This document shows, one piece after another, positions 27,401-39,400 of a stretch of DNA of 64,000 nt (position 1 is its first letter; every line of letters starts with the position of its first letter). The position numbers and the translations under genes are program-made. The stretch is taken from positions 15,996,001 to 16,060,000 of the forward strand of contig NC_086101.1 in the NCBI RefSeq assembly GCF_963921235.1. The letters are read 5' to 3'. Source of the DNA: Mobula hypostoma. Its lineage: Eukaryota. A model generated the notes under the pieces. The model saw nothing but the letters and a program-made list of their open reading frames with translations. It had not been told where the DNA came from and did not search any database.

Positions 27401-30400
27401 GCTGCTCTGCTATAATCGCTGATAGTGACCCCTTGCAATCAGCTTTGGCCAGCTGTACACTCATGCCTCCGTAACTCCCTTTAATCCACTGTAATATTTT
27501 TTCTCCCTCTCAAAATGCAGGGTGAATTTTATCATATTAAAGTCACCGCCTTCCAAAGTGTCTTTGCTGTAAGGTCCGTTATCAAATTTGGTTCATTACA
27601 CAACACCCAATCCAGAATCGCCTGTCCCCCACTGGGTTCAACCATAAGCTGATCTAAAATGTCATCTCGCAGGAATTCTAGGAATTCCCTCTCGGGATCC
27701 AGCACCAATCTGATTTTCCCAATCTACCTGCACATGGAATTCTACCACGACTATCATAACATTCCCCTTGTTAAATGTCTTTTCTTGTTCCTGCTGAAAT
27801 CTGTATCTCACATGCTAGCTTCGGTTCAGAGCCTGTATATAACTTGCATCAGGGTCTTTTCAGCCTTGCAGTTTCTTAACTCTACCAATAGGAATTCTAC
27901 ACCTTCCAATCCTATGCCTCTGATTTCTAAGGATTTCATCTCATTTTTTACCAGCAGAGTCACACCGCCCCCACCTGCCTGCCCTATTGGTACAAGGTGT
28001 ATCCTTAAGCTCCCAATTATGATTTTTCAGCAACATGATGCCCACAATATCACATCTGCCAATCTCTAATTGTGCCAAAGATAATCTAATTTATTCTGTA
28101 TAACGTGCAATAAATGGCGACTCCTTTGCTTGCATCCTCGGAAACAGCTCTATTTCTATCTTTTTCCCTTTAAAGGTTCTTCTGAAGACCCTGACCTGGA
28201 GTTACATACTGACTTTGGTTCTTTGTGGGGATGGGACCCGCTCTCAGGGCCTCACGACCGGCTGCTTTTTGATATCCCTGGATGCGGCCTGGAAGACTAG
28301 CGCGCCTTCAGGCTGCTAGATTTTCGTGGCTCTGGAGATGGGTTGATTCAAGGTCAGTGTCCGACTGAGGCGTCGCAGAAAAACATGGAGCATCGGGAGC
28401 AGTGGGCTAGCTGCCGGCTGTGTGCCCAGAGGCGTACGTTCTTTGGGCAGAGAGCTTGGTTAAAAAATGACCCAGAAGACTTTTAAAACCCTATTATCAG
28501 TGAGTTGTTTGTTATGTCTCCTCTGTCATTGTGAAACAGGGACATGTTTTTTCCCTTATTAGGGCAAGAGAGAGCCTGTTGCATGCGAATTACCGGGTAA
28601 ATGAGTAGTCTTTGGAGTACTGCAAGTCTGTGTCTTTATTGATATTTTGCTGTACGTTTGACTGCTTGGTGGAGTGCGCCGATGCTTTTCACTGGTGGGG
28701 AAGGGGGGACTCGCTGCCCTGCTGCTGCTTGTGCGTGGGAGGGGGAGCTGGTAGGGGGTCTTTGGGGTTCAAACGTTTAACTGTCAATCATTCTTTGGGG
28801 CACTGCTCCGTTTTCCTGAATGTTTGCGAGAAAAAGAAGTTCAGGATGTATATCGTGTACATTTCTCTGACATTAAATGTACCCATTGAACCTATTGAAA
28901 TAGTCCTGTATTCATCACCCTTTTTGACTTTGACCCCATGTTACACTTCAGCCCATCCCACTGACTACAATTTTGCTCCATCATCTACCTAACCTCACTA
29001 TACAATGCATCAACTTGAATACCAACTACTCCTACCATGCTGTCAGGGCACCAGGCTTCACCGCTTCATCCTGCTGGTCCAGTCTGCTCACTGGATGGAC
29101 AACAAACTGCACCATTACCTGATAATGAACTCTCCTCAGCAGAGGGTCATTTTGGGATGGTGATACATCTCACTGCTTCCCTGCTGAATAGAGCACGCAG
29201 ACAGCAGTGTAACACTGGACACTGGGTAACGCTCCATTTGTAGCAGGCCAACTAATCTAGCGGTGGCTGAATCCATACTCACCCTTTCATTGGTGTGTAG
29301 ATCAATTGGTCTTGTCGCTGGAAAGAATGAAAATTAAGGCATGTCACAGATCATAAGACCATAAGAGAAAGGAGTATAAGACCATAGACATAGAAACGGA
29401 ATTGGGCTATTCAGCCCATCAATTCTGCTCTGCCATTCCAACCTGGCTGATCCCAGATCCCACTCAACCCCACACACTGTCTTCTCGCCATATCCTTTGA
29501 TGCCCTGACCAATCAGGAAATGATCAACTTCTGCCTTACATATACCCATGGACTTGGCCTCTACTGCAGTCTGTGGCAGAGAATTCCACAGATTCACTAC
29601 TCTCTGCCTAAAAAAATTCATTACACTGTTCTAAAGGGTCACCCCTCAATACTGAGGCTGTGCTCTCTAGTTCTGGATACACCCACCCAAGGAAACATGC
29701 TCTCTACTTAAACCCTATCTGATCTTTCCAACATTTGGTAGGTTTCAATGAGATTCTCCCATATCCGCGTGCTGCTAAATTCCAGTGAGTACAGGCCCAA
29801 AGCTGCCAAACGCTCCTCAAGTGTTAACTCTTTCATTCCTGTAATCATCCTTGTGAACCTCCTCTGGAATCTCTCCAACGACAACAAATCCTTTCTGAGG
29901 TATGGAGCTCAAAACTGTTGACAATTGTTGACAATACTGCAAGTGCGGCCTGACTAGTGTCTTATAAAGGCTCAGAATAATCTCCTTGTTTTTATATTCG
30001 ATTCTCCTTGAAATGAATGCCACATTGCATTTGCCTTCTTTACCACAGACTTAACCTGTAATTTAAACTTCTGGAGTCTTGCACGAGGATCCCTAGCTCC
30101 CTCTGCACCTCTGATGCTTGAATTTTCTCTCCATTTAAATAATAGTCTGCACGATTGTTCCTTTTACCAAAATGCATTATCATTCATTTCCCAGCACTGT
30201 ACCCCATCTGCCACATTTTTGCCCATTCTTCCAATTTGTCAGAGCCTTGCAGAAATCGCAATGCTTCCTCAGCACTACCTACCCCTTCACCTACTTTTCC
30301 ACAAAACCATCAATTCAACTATCCAAATCATTGACAAACAATGTGCAAAGCATCACTCCCAATACTGACCCCTGAGGAACACAAGTAGTCATTGGCAGCC

Positions 30401-33400
30401 AACTGGAAAAGACCCCCTTCATTCGCACTCACTGTCTCCTGCCTGTCAGCTATTCTTCTATCCATCCATATCTCTTTCCTTTAATGTCACTGGATTTTAT
30501 CTTGTTAAGCAGCCTCTTGTGTGGCACCTTATCAATCGCCTTCTGAAAATCCAAGTAAATAACATCCACTGCCTCTCCTTTGTCCACCCTGCTTGTAACT
30601 TCCTTGAAGAACTCCAAAAGATTTCTCAGGCAAGATTTCCCTTCACAGAAACCATGCTGACTTTGACTTATGGATTCCAACAGTTTCTCAACCACTGGGG
30701 TTAGGTTAACTGGCCTACAATTTCCATTCTTTTGCCTTCCTGTCTTCTTAAAGAGTGGAGTGACATTTGCAATCTGTGACCATACCAGAATCAAGTGATT
30801 CTTGAAAGATCACGCCCAGTGCATGTTTGATTCTATGACATCAAGAGATTTTAAAAATTCCAAGGTCAAGTTTATTGTTCGATGCACAAGTACAGTATGT
30901 GCATGTACAGGTGCAATGAAAAGCTTACTTGCAGCAACATCACAGGCATCAGCATCAGGTACACAACATTCACAGAAAAATATGTATTAAACATGAAGCC
31001 TACACAACATGCAAAGATGAGAAAGTCTGCAGATGATGGAAATCCAAAGTGACACACACAAAGTGCTGGAGGAACTCAGCAGGTCAGGCAGCATCTATGG
31101 AAAAGAATAAACTGTCGACGATTCAGACCGAGGCCCTTCTTCAGGACTCAGAAGGAAGGGGTAAGATACCAGAATTAAAAGGTGAGGTGTGGGGAGAAAA
31201 AGAGTCTAGTTGGCAGGTGTTATGTGAAGCCAGGTGGATTTGAAAGGTCAAGGACTAGACAAGAAAGAACCAGATAGAAAAGAAGAGTGTACCATAGGAA
31301 GAAAGGAACCCAGAGGGAAGGAATAGGCAGATGAGAAGAAGTGAAAGGTCAGAATGGGGAATAGAGGTAGTTTGTGGGGGGAGGGGGAATTGCTTCCCAG
31401 AAGGAGTAATCAATATTCATGCCATCAGATTCGAGGGTACCAAGACGGAGTATAAGTTGTTACTCCTCCACCCTGAGGTTGGCCTCACCTTGGCAGAAGA
31501 GGAGGCCATAGATCGACACGTCAGAATAGGAATGGGATTTTGGAATTAACCTGTTTGACCACCAGGGGAGTCCTGCTTCTTGCGGATGGTGAGGAGGTGT
31601 TCGATGAAGCAGTTCCCCAATTTACAACGTGTCTCACCAATGCAGAGGAGGTCATATCAGGAGCACCAGACACAACAGACATAATCGCACATGAAGTGTT
31701 GCATCACCTGGAAGGACTGTTTGTAGCCCTGAATGGAGGTGAGGGAGGAGGTGTAAGGACAGGTGTTGGGTTGGCATGGACTAGATTAGTCAAAGAATAG
31801 AATGGAATTGAACTTTATTGTCATTGTTCAAGACAAGGAGATTGTGGTGTTACTCCAGTCTGTGCAAAACATATTTACAGTGCATGTAGTACAGCTTAAT
31901 TTAAAAAAAACGATATTTACATGCAACAAGTGACCTTGCGAGTCCATAACACTCAAAGGCCATTGTCGTTATTAGAAGAACCTGCTTTTGTGTTGCAGAT
32001 CTCGATGGCTCCAATTACTTAAGAGAAAACCCAATTAGAACAAATACAAAGTCTATTGTAGTGTAATGTTGCTCTATTGAGGTAGTGATTAGGGTTGTGC
32101 AGAATATCCATGGATTTTATTAGGAAAGGAGTCTGGGATCTTGTGTGGAGTTAATAGGACCTCCCTGGGTCAACAGAGGAGGCAGAGGTCACTTTAGGTC
32201 AATAACGGTGATTAGGAGCTCTCCTGGGTCAATAACATAGTCATATGTATGCACAAGTGCAATGAAAAACTGACTTGCAGAAGCATCATAGGCATACAGC
32301 ATCAGTTACATAACATTCACAAGAAAAACATCAATGAAGCATCAATTACACACAATTTTTGCAATAGAGAACACACTTAGACCAAAAAGAGTTCATCTAT
32401 AGTTGCAAAATGTTGTCATACTGGGGCAGTGAATAGGGTTGGGCAGATTGGATCAAGAACTGGCATTGAACCGAGAAGTAGAGAACATCAAACTGGTGAC
32501 ATTTTGTTACAAATCAGTTTTCTTCTTATGAACAATCCGAGTGAAAAGGACACCATCTTACCGGGCATGCAGGGGCATTCCCATCTTGAGCCTGTTGTGA
32601 AATAAGATATTACAATGAGCATTTCTATTGGTCTACAGGAGCTCGAGAGCCTGGGTGTCCAGACTCAACATTTAGACTGAGACAGGGCAAGATTAAAGGA
32701 GGTGGGCAGAGTAAGTTTTTCTTTCCACACCGAGTGATGATGCTGGGAATGTGCTGCCAGGGGTAGTGGTGGAGAAGGCAGATACAATGGAGATGTTTAA
32801 GAGGATCGTAGATACCCACATGACATTGGACTGAATGGAGGGAAGTGAACCATGTACAAATGGAAGAGATGCACATAATTAGAAACCCTTTAATTAGTCC
32901 AGCATTAATTGTGGGCTGAAATCCTATTCCTGTGCTCTACTGCTTGACATTCTATGTCCTATGCCCTTTGTTCCCAGAACAGCTTCTTCCCCATTGCTGT
33001 CAGAGTTTTGAATGACACCCCTCTTTCACGTCCCTGTCGCGGTGGTGCTGCCACTTCCCGAACCTTTAATTCTATCTTATCACTTCAGAGGTCAAATACA
33101 TTTATTATTGAAGAACATATACTGTATCTCCCCTTGAGAAAAAATTTCTTGCAAGGATTTACAGTAAAGTAAAGAAATACAATAGAATTTATGACAAACT
33201 ATGTTGAACAAAGCTGACAAACAACCAGAGTGCAAAAGAAGACTTACAATAAACAAAAATAAATAAATAATATTGAATTTGAAAGTTCTTGAAAGCGAGT
33301 CTATTGGTTGTGGAGTCAGTTTAGCGCTGAGGTGAGTGAGATTATTCACACTGGTTCAGGAGCCTGATGGTTATAGGGCAGGGTTTGAAACCTGGGATCC

Positions 33401-36400
33401 ACGGACCCCTTGCCTAATGGTATTGGTCAATGGCATAAAAAAAGACTGGGAACCCATGTTGTGAGGTAATAACTGTTCCTGAACTGGCAGCATGGGACCT
33501 AAGGCTCCGGTACTTCATGCTTTATGTTAGTAGTGAGAAGACAGCATGGCTTGGATGGTGGGATCCTTAATAATGGATGCTCCTTTCTTGTGGCAGTGCT
33601 CCTTGTAAATAAGGTGAAGCAGAGACTTTCGCAAAAGAGAGAAAACACAGAGATGAGCACTTGAACCTTTTCTGTGCAAAATGAACTAGTTATCCACGTC
33701 CTCCCTCATCGCGTGCAATCCCCACTTATAACATCCAGTCTCTCCTGCTCTCCACGCTTTTATTCTCTCCACCCATCCCTTCCTCTAAACTATATTTTCA
33801 ATTTTGCCCAGTTCTGTTGAAAACCCACTATTCCAGTACTTTAACTCTGCTTGATTCTCTGCAGATGCTGTTTAACCTGCTGAATATCCCAGCATTCTCT
33901 GATTTTATTTCAGATTTCCAGCATCTGCGGGCTTTTATTTTGCTTTACGACTTACCGTCCCAGGTCCATCATCCAATTGGCGTGCAGTTAAATCATCTGT
34001 AAAATTAATTATGTGCATATTAATACAAACACTGGCAGGTCTACAATTGTTCTCTGCTTCCTACAGGCACCCACACTCACTGTGTAAAGAACTTACCTCT
34101 GATATTCCCCCTATACTTTCCTCCGAACACAATAAAATTATGGCCCCTCATACAGTATTAGCGAGTTCAGCCTTGGGAAAGAATCCAATTGATCTATGCC
34201 TCTTATCATTTTGTACTCCTCTATCAATTCACCTCTATCCTTCACTCTAAAGAGGAAAGCCCTGCCACACTCAGCCTATCCTCTCCAATCCAGGCAGCAT
34301 TGTGGTAAATAATGATGTGATGAGATCTCAGTGGAAACATAGAAAACCTACAGCATAGTACAGGCCCTTCAACCCACAATGCTGTGCCGAACATGTACTT
34401 ATTTTAGAAATCACCCAGAGTTACCCATATCCATCCATATCTCAGCTCCGTGTACCTATCCAGGAGTCTCTAATAAGACCTTATCGTATCCGCCTCCACC
34501 ATCGTTGCCGGCAGCCCATTCCACACACTCACCACTCTCTGAATAAAAAACTTATCCCTAACATCTCCGCTCAACTCAACACAATACACAAAGGGTTTTA
34601 CAGAGCTGCAACATTACTTCACAGTTCTTGAACTCAATCACGCAATTAATGAAGACCAACACACCGTACGCCTTTTTCACAGCTCAATCAACCTGCACGG
34701 CAACGTTGAGGGATCTGTGGACATGGACTCCAAGATCCCTCTATTTCTCCATATTGCTAGGAGATCTGCCATTCACCCTGTATTCTGCCTTCAAATTAAG
34801 CTTCATAAGTGAATCAATTCCCACTTTTCAGGATAGAATTCCACATGCCATTCTCAACCCAGCTCTGCATCCTATCAATGTCTTGTTGTATTCCTTGCCA
34901 CCATTTCACACTATCCACAAATCCACATCCTTCATGTTATCTACAAGCTTACTAACACACCCTCCCACTTCTTCATCTGAATCATTTATAAAAATCACAA
35001 AGAGCAATGGTCCCAGAACAGAGAGAGTATGCATTATGATCAGAGATTAAGGGAACTAGGGCTCTACTCTTTGGAGAGAAGGAGGATGAAAGGAGACATG
35101 ATAGAGGTGTACAAGATATTAAGAGGAATAGATAGAGTGGACAGCCAGCGCCTCTTCCCTAGGGCACCACTGCTCAATACAAGAGGACATAGCCTTAAGG
35201 TAAGGGGTGGGAAGTTCAAGGGGGATATTAGAAGAAGGTTTTTTACTCAGAGAGTGGTTGGTGCGTGGAATGCACTGCCTGAGTCAGTGGTGGAGGCAGA
35301 TACACTACTGAAATTTAAGAGACTACTAGACAGGTAAATGGAGGAATTTAAGGTGGGGGGTTTTATGGGAGGCAGGGTTTAAGGTCGGCACAACATTGTG
35401 GGCTGAAGGGCCTGTACTGTGCTGCACTGTTCTATGTTCTATAACTTCAGAGCACCACAGTTTCCCATCCTCCAGGCAGAATAGGCTCCATCTCCAACTA
35501 CCCTCTGCCTTCTTCATGGAAGAAAATTCTGAATCCCCTCTGTGGGTAAGGCAATTCTGAATCGACATTTGAATTGTCAAGGACACGAGGCTAAGTGGTG
35601 GAAGGCGGGGTTAATTCTGATGGGTACCCACAGGTCAGCTTGGAGAAGAAGGACCGAATGGAAGGTTCTATACTGTATGACACTCTAACTAACATCACAG
35701 ACAAGTCAGCATAATACACTCACGCGGATTGGCTCTGGGAGCTTTTACTTACCCGCTGTGGTGCTGTCATTCAGAGTAGATAGCTGCTGTCTGAAGAGAA
35801 AAATTGGAAAATGTTTACTCCCTGTGTGTCGCTTTACATTGTAATGGCACACATTCTGTAAAACAAAAGTGTGTATCAAGCACTCACCTTTGAAACAGGA
35901 CAGAATCTGTGAAGGGAAGGAGAGAAGAAAGATGCCGATTAATCAATAAACACAAGTGATTCTGCAGATGCTGGAAGTCCAGCGAACCACACACAAAATG
36001 CTGGATGAACTCAGCAGGTCAGGCAGCATTTATGGAAAGCAATAAACGGTCGATGCTTCTGATCAAGAGCCTCCAACAGGACTGGAAAGGAAGGGGGTAG
36101 AAGCCAGAACAAGAAGATAATGTGAGGGGAAGGGAGTGGAGTACAAACTGCCAAGTGTTAGGTGAGACCAGGTGAGGGGGAAGGTGGGCAGGTGATGGAA
36201 GGCGCATGAAATAAGAAGCTGGGGGGAGGGTGATAAGTAGAACAGGTGAAGGGCTGAAGATGAAGGAATCTGACAGGAGAGGACAGAGGACAATTGAAGG
36301 GAAGGACAAGGGGCATCTGATGAAGGTGATGAATGGGTAAGGAGAAGGAAAGGGGCTGAGAGGGTAACCAGAATGAGGAATGGAAAAAGAGAGAAGGAGA

Positions 36401-39400
36401 GAAGAGGAGAGAAATCAATGTTTGTGCCACCAGGTTGGAGGCTACCTACATGGAATATGAGGTGTTGCTCCTCCATCGTAAGTTTGGCCTCATTGTGGTG
36501 GTAGAGGAAGCCATGGACAGTCATGTCAGAATGGGAATAGGAAGTCAAATTGAAATGAGTGCGCTTGTTCGCAGTTCCACCCAGGAGGGAAAGGTGGCTT
36601 CAGAATGCACTGGTTTCCCACTTAGCACTCATAACCGAGTCAGTTGTATGGACAAATCATATGGATACTTGCTTCCATTGGGCAACGCAGGGAGTATAAA
36701 AGATTATGATACGGCTTTATAAGGTATTGGTCAGGTCACAGCTGGAGGTCTGTACACAATTCAGGTACCACGCTGAAGGAAGGATGTAATTGCGCTGGAG
36801 AAGGTGTAAAGACGATTTACGAGGATGTGACCCACTGCCACTCATTTAGAAATAAATTGTTCTTGGTCTCTTCATTCTTGTTTATGTTATTTTTATTTAG
36901 GGACACAGGGCAGTAACAGACCCTTCCAGCCCAACGAGACTGCTCTGTGCAGTTACACCCATGTCACCAATTAACCTGACAACTTGTATGTCTTTAGGAT
37001 GTGGAGGGAACTGCTGCACCCAATGGAAACCTACGCATTCACGGGGAGAACACACAAATTCCTTAGAGTCAGTGGAAGGAATTGTGCCACCCCTTCGCTG
37101 GCACTGTAACAGTGTTACAGGAACCACAATGTCACCGCGCCACCCCACTATTCTACCTTCACTGTCCCTGATGAGCATTTCTTTTTGCACTACGATGCAT
37201 TGCACTGCTCTCCTTGCACCAGGCTGTTGTCTTGTCCTCATGGCTGTATTTGTTGTTGTATTTAATGTTACCACGTACACCAGTGAGCTTCAAACAGGGA
37301 AGGGATTTCATCGCATCTTGGAGCGGTTGACAATAAATTTATCCAGCCTAGTCATCAGAGAGAGCTGCAGAATTGGGCACAATTACAATTAGATGCTGAC
37401 TGACAGGGTCTTGTGCCTATTGATCGCACTGATGTTCAATACTGGGACCCACCAACTCGAGACAGTCCGGAATTCATGGGTGTCCTTCGTGTAGATTTCC
37501 ACCCACATTACTAACCTTTGTGCACAGAGCAGAGGCCTAAACTCTGAATGTACTTCATCGCCATGACAGTATCGCTGGATTTTAAGTGCGGAGCAGAGTC
37601 CTGTACTCGCAGTGCTGCTTGTCAACCGTCCACATCACTGGGAGCAGAGTGGAGTGCTGACCTCTACCTCCTTCATGTCCCTGTCCATACACCAAAACCT
37701 GACCCCTAACTCCACTCTCTGTCCTGAAAACCATCCCTACAAACTTAAAAGTACAACTAAGTCTGGGCCATGATCTCAAGAGAGACCACAGCTCACACCA
37801 TCATGACCAAAGATTTATGGGCCAAACACTGGTTAATGGGACCAGACATCTCAGTCAGCAGAGATGAGTTGGGCTGAAGGGCCTGTGTCTGTGCTGATGA
37901 CTCACAGATCTACTACCTCAATTGCCCTGCTTATCTGCACATGCTGATGAACCCCTTGGGCTTTCCAAATGTTCCTCACCTTTAAGGATATAAAGCATTA
38001 GTCAAAGAACATTGGCAGTGTTGTGTGCAGTTTTGGGCTCCATATCTAAGAAACAATATGCTGGCATTGGGGAGGATCCAGAGGAGAATGACAAAACTGA
38101 TTTGGGAATGAAAGAGTTAATGTATGAGGATTGCTAGCTCTGGGCCGTACTCGCTGGAGTTTAGAGGGATGGTGGGGAGGGATCTTACTGACATCTATCA
38201 AATACTGAAATGTCTAAACAGAGTGTATGTGGAGAAGATATTTCCAATATTGAGAGAGTCTTGGACCTGAGGGCAGCGCTCAGAATAGGATATAAGGAGG
38301 AGTTTCATTACCCAGAAGATTCATTGCCACAGATGAATGTGGAGGCCAAATGATTGGGTAAATTTAAAGCACAAGTTGATAGGTTGAGTATTGGTTTCTA
38401 AGGTTATGGAGGAATGCAGGAGAATGGTGTTGAGAGGGAAAAAATTCCCTCAATATGGAATAGTGGAGTAAACTTGCTGGGCCGAATGGCCAAATCCTGC
38501 TATGTCTGATGATCCTATACTGGCCATAGAGGTAAATGATTCAGTCTCCTTACTTTCTTTGCTGCATACTTTTCTCCGAAACAGGATGCTGACGAGCAGG
38601 ATGCTCCCTGATATTCCAAAGACCGTTAACAGGATCACCAGGAGAAGCGTGACAAATCTCATTTTGCCTGTGGGGGGAAAAACATCTCAGAACACACGAG
38701 CACAAATGGGCCATTTGGCCCTTCGAGACTGATGAAGCACGCAATGATATGGCAGCTAACCTGAAAGTGTTTAACCCCACTGGCGAAATCATTCCTGTTC
38801 CTGCCACAGCCCCTCCTGCCAATTCCAGGGCAGGAAGCGCAGGGAAGTTGCTCTTCCAATAATTGTATATTATGACCAAAAGGTGATAAAGTTACATCGA
38901 ATGTTGATCTTTGTCTAACATTTATACGTCCTACACTAATCCCATTTATTTTCCTATTAATTTTACTGATAACCGATCCTCCCCACCTTCTCTTCAAATC
39001 CTTCCAACTTCTACCACTTCACAACAAACAGGGGGCAATTTACAGCAACCAACTAAACCAGTGACCCACACATCCTTGGCGTGTGGGAGAAAACCAGAGC
39101 AAACGGAGGTGGGGGTTGGCCACACCATCACAGGAAGAATCCATTGAGAAAAGGATAGGACAGTGTGTGACCCATTGCCTCACCTAGCGCCAGAGAGGGA
39201 AGAGGGTAGTGTGTGACTGACTGCTTCACCTCGACCCAGATGGGGAGAGACCTTGTAACTCACTGCCCCACCCAGTCACAGAGGGAAGAGGACAGTGTGT
39301 GACCCACTGCCGTACTGGGTACCAGTGTGAGGGAGGATCGTGTGTGACCCATTGCCACTGTTCTATAATCTGCACACTGAGCCAATCATTGTTGATGGGT

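Noticed and set aside
38450-38662. Stand-alone small membrane protein ORF starting at MRFV
   Set aside because: It is the TM exon of the receptor, flanked by an acceptor and a donor.
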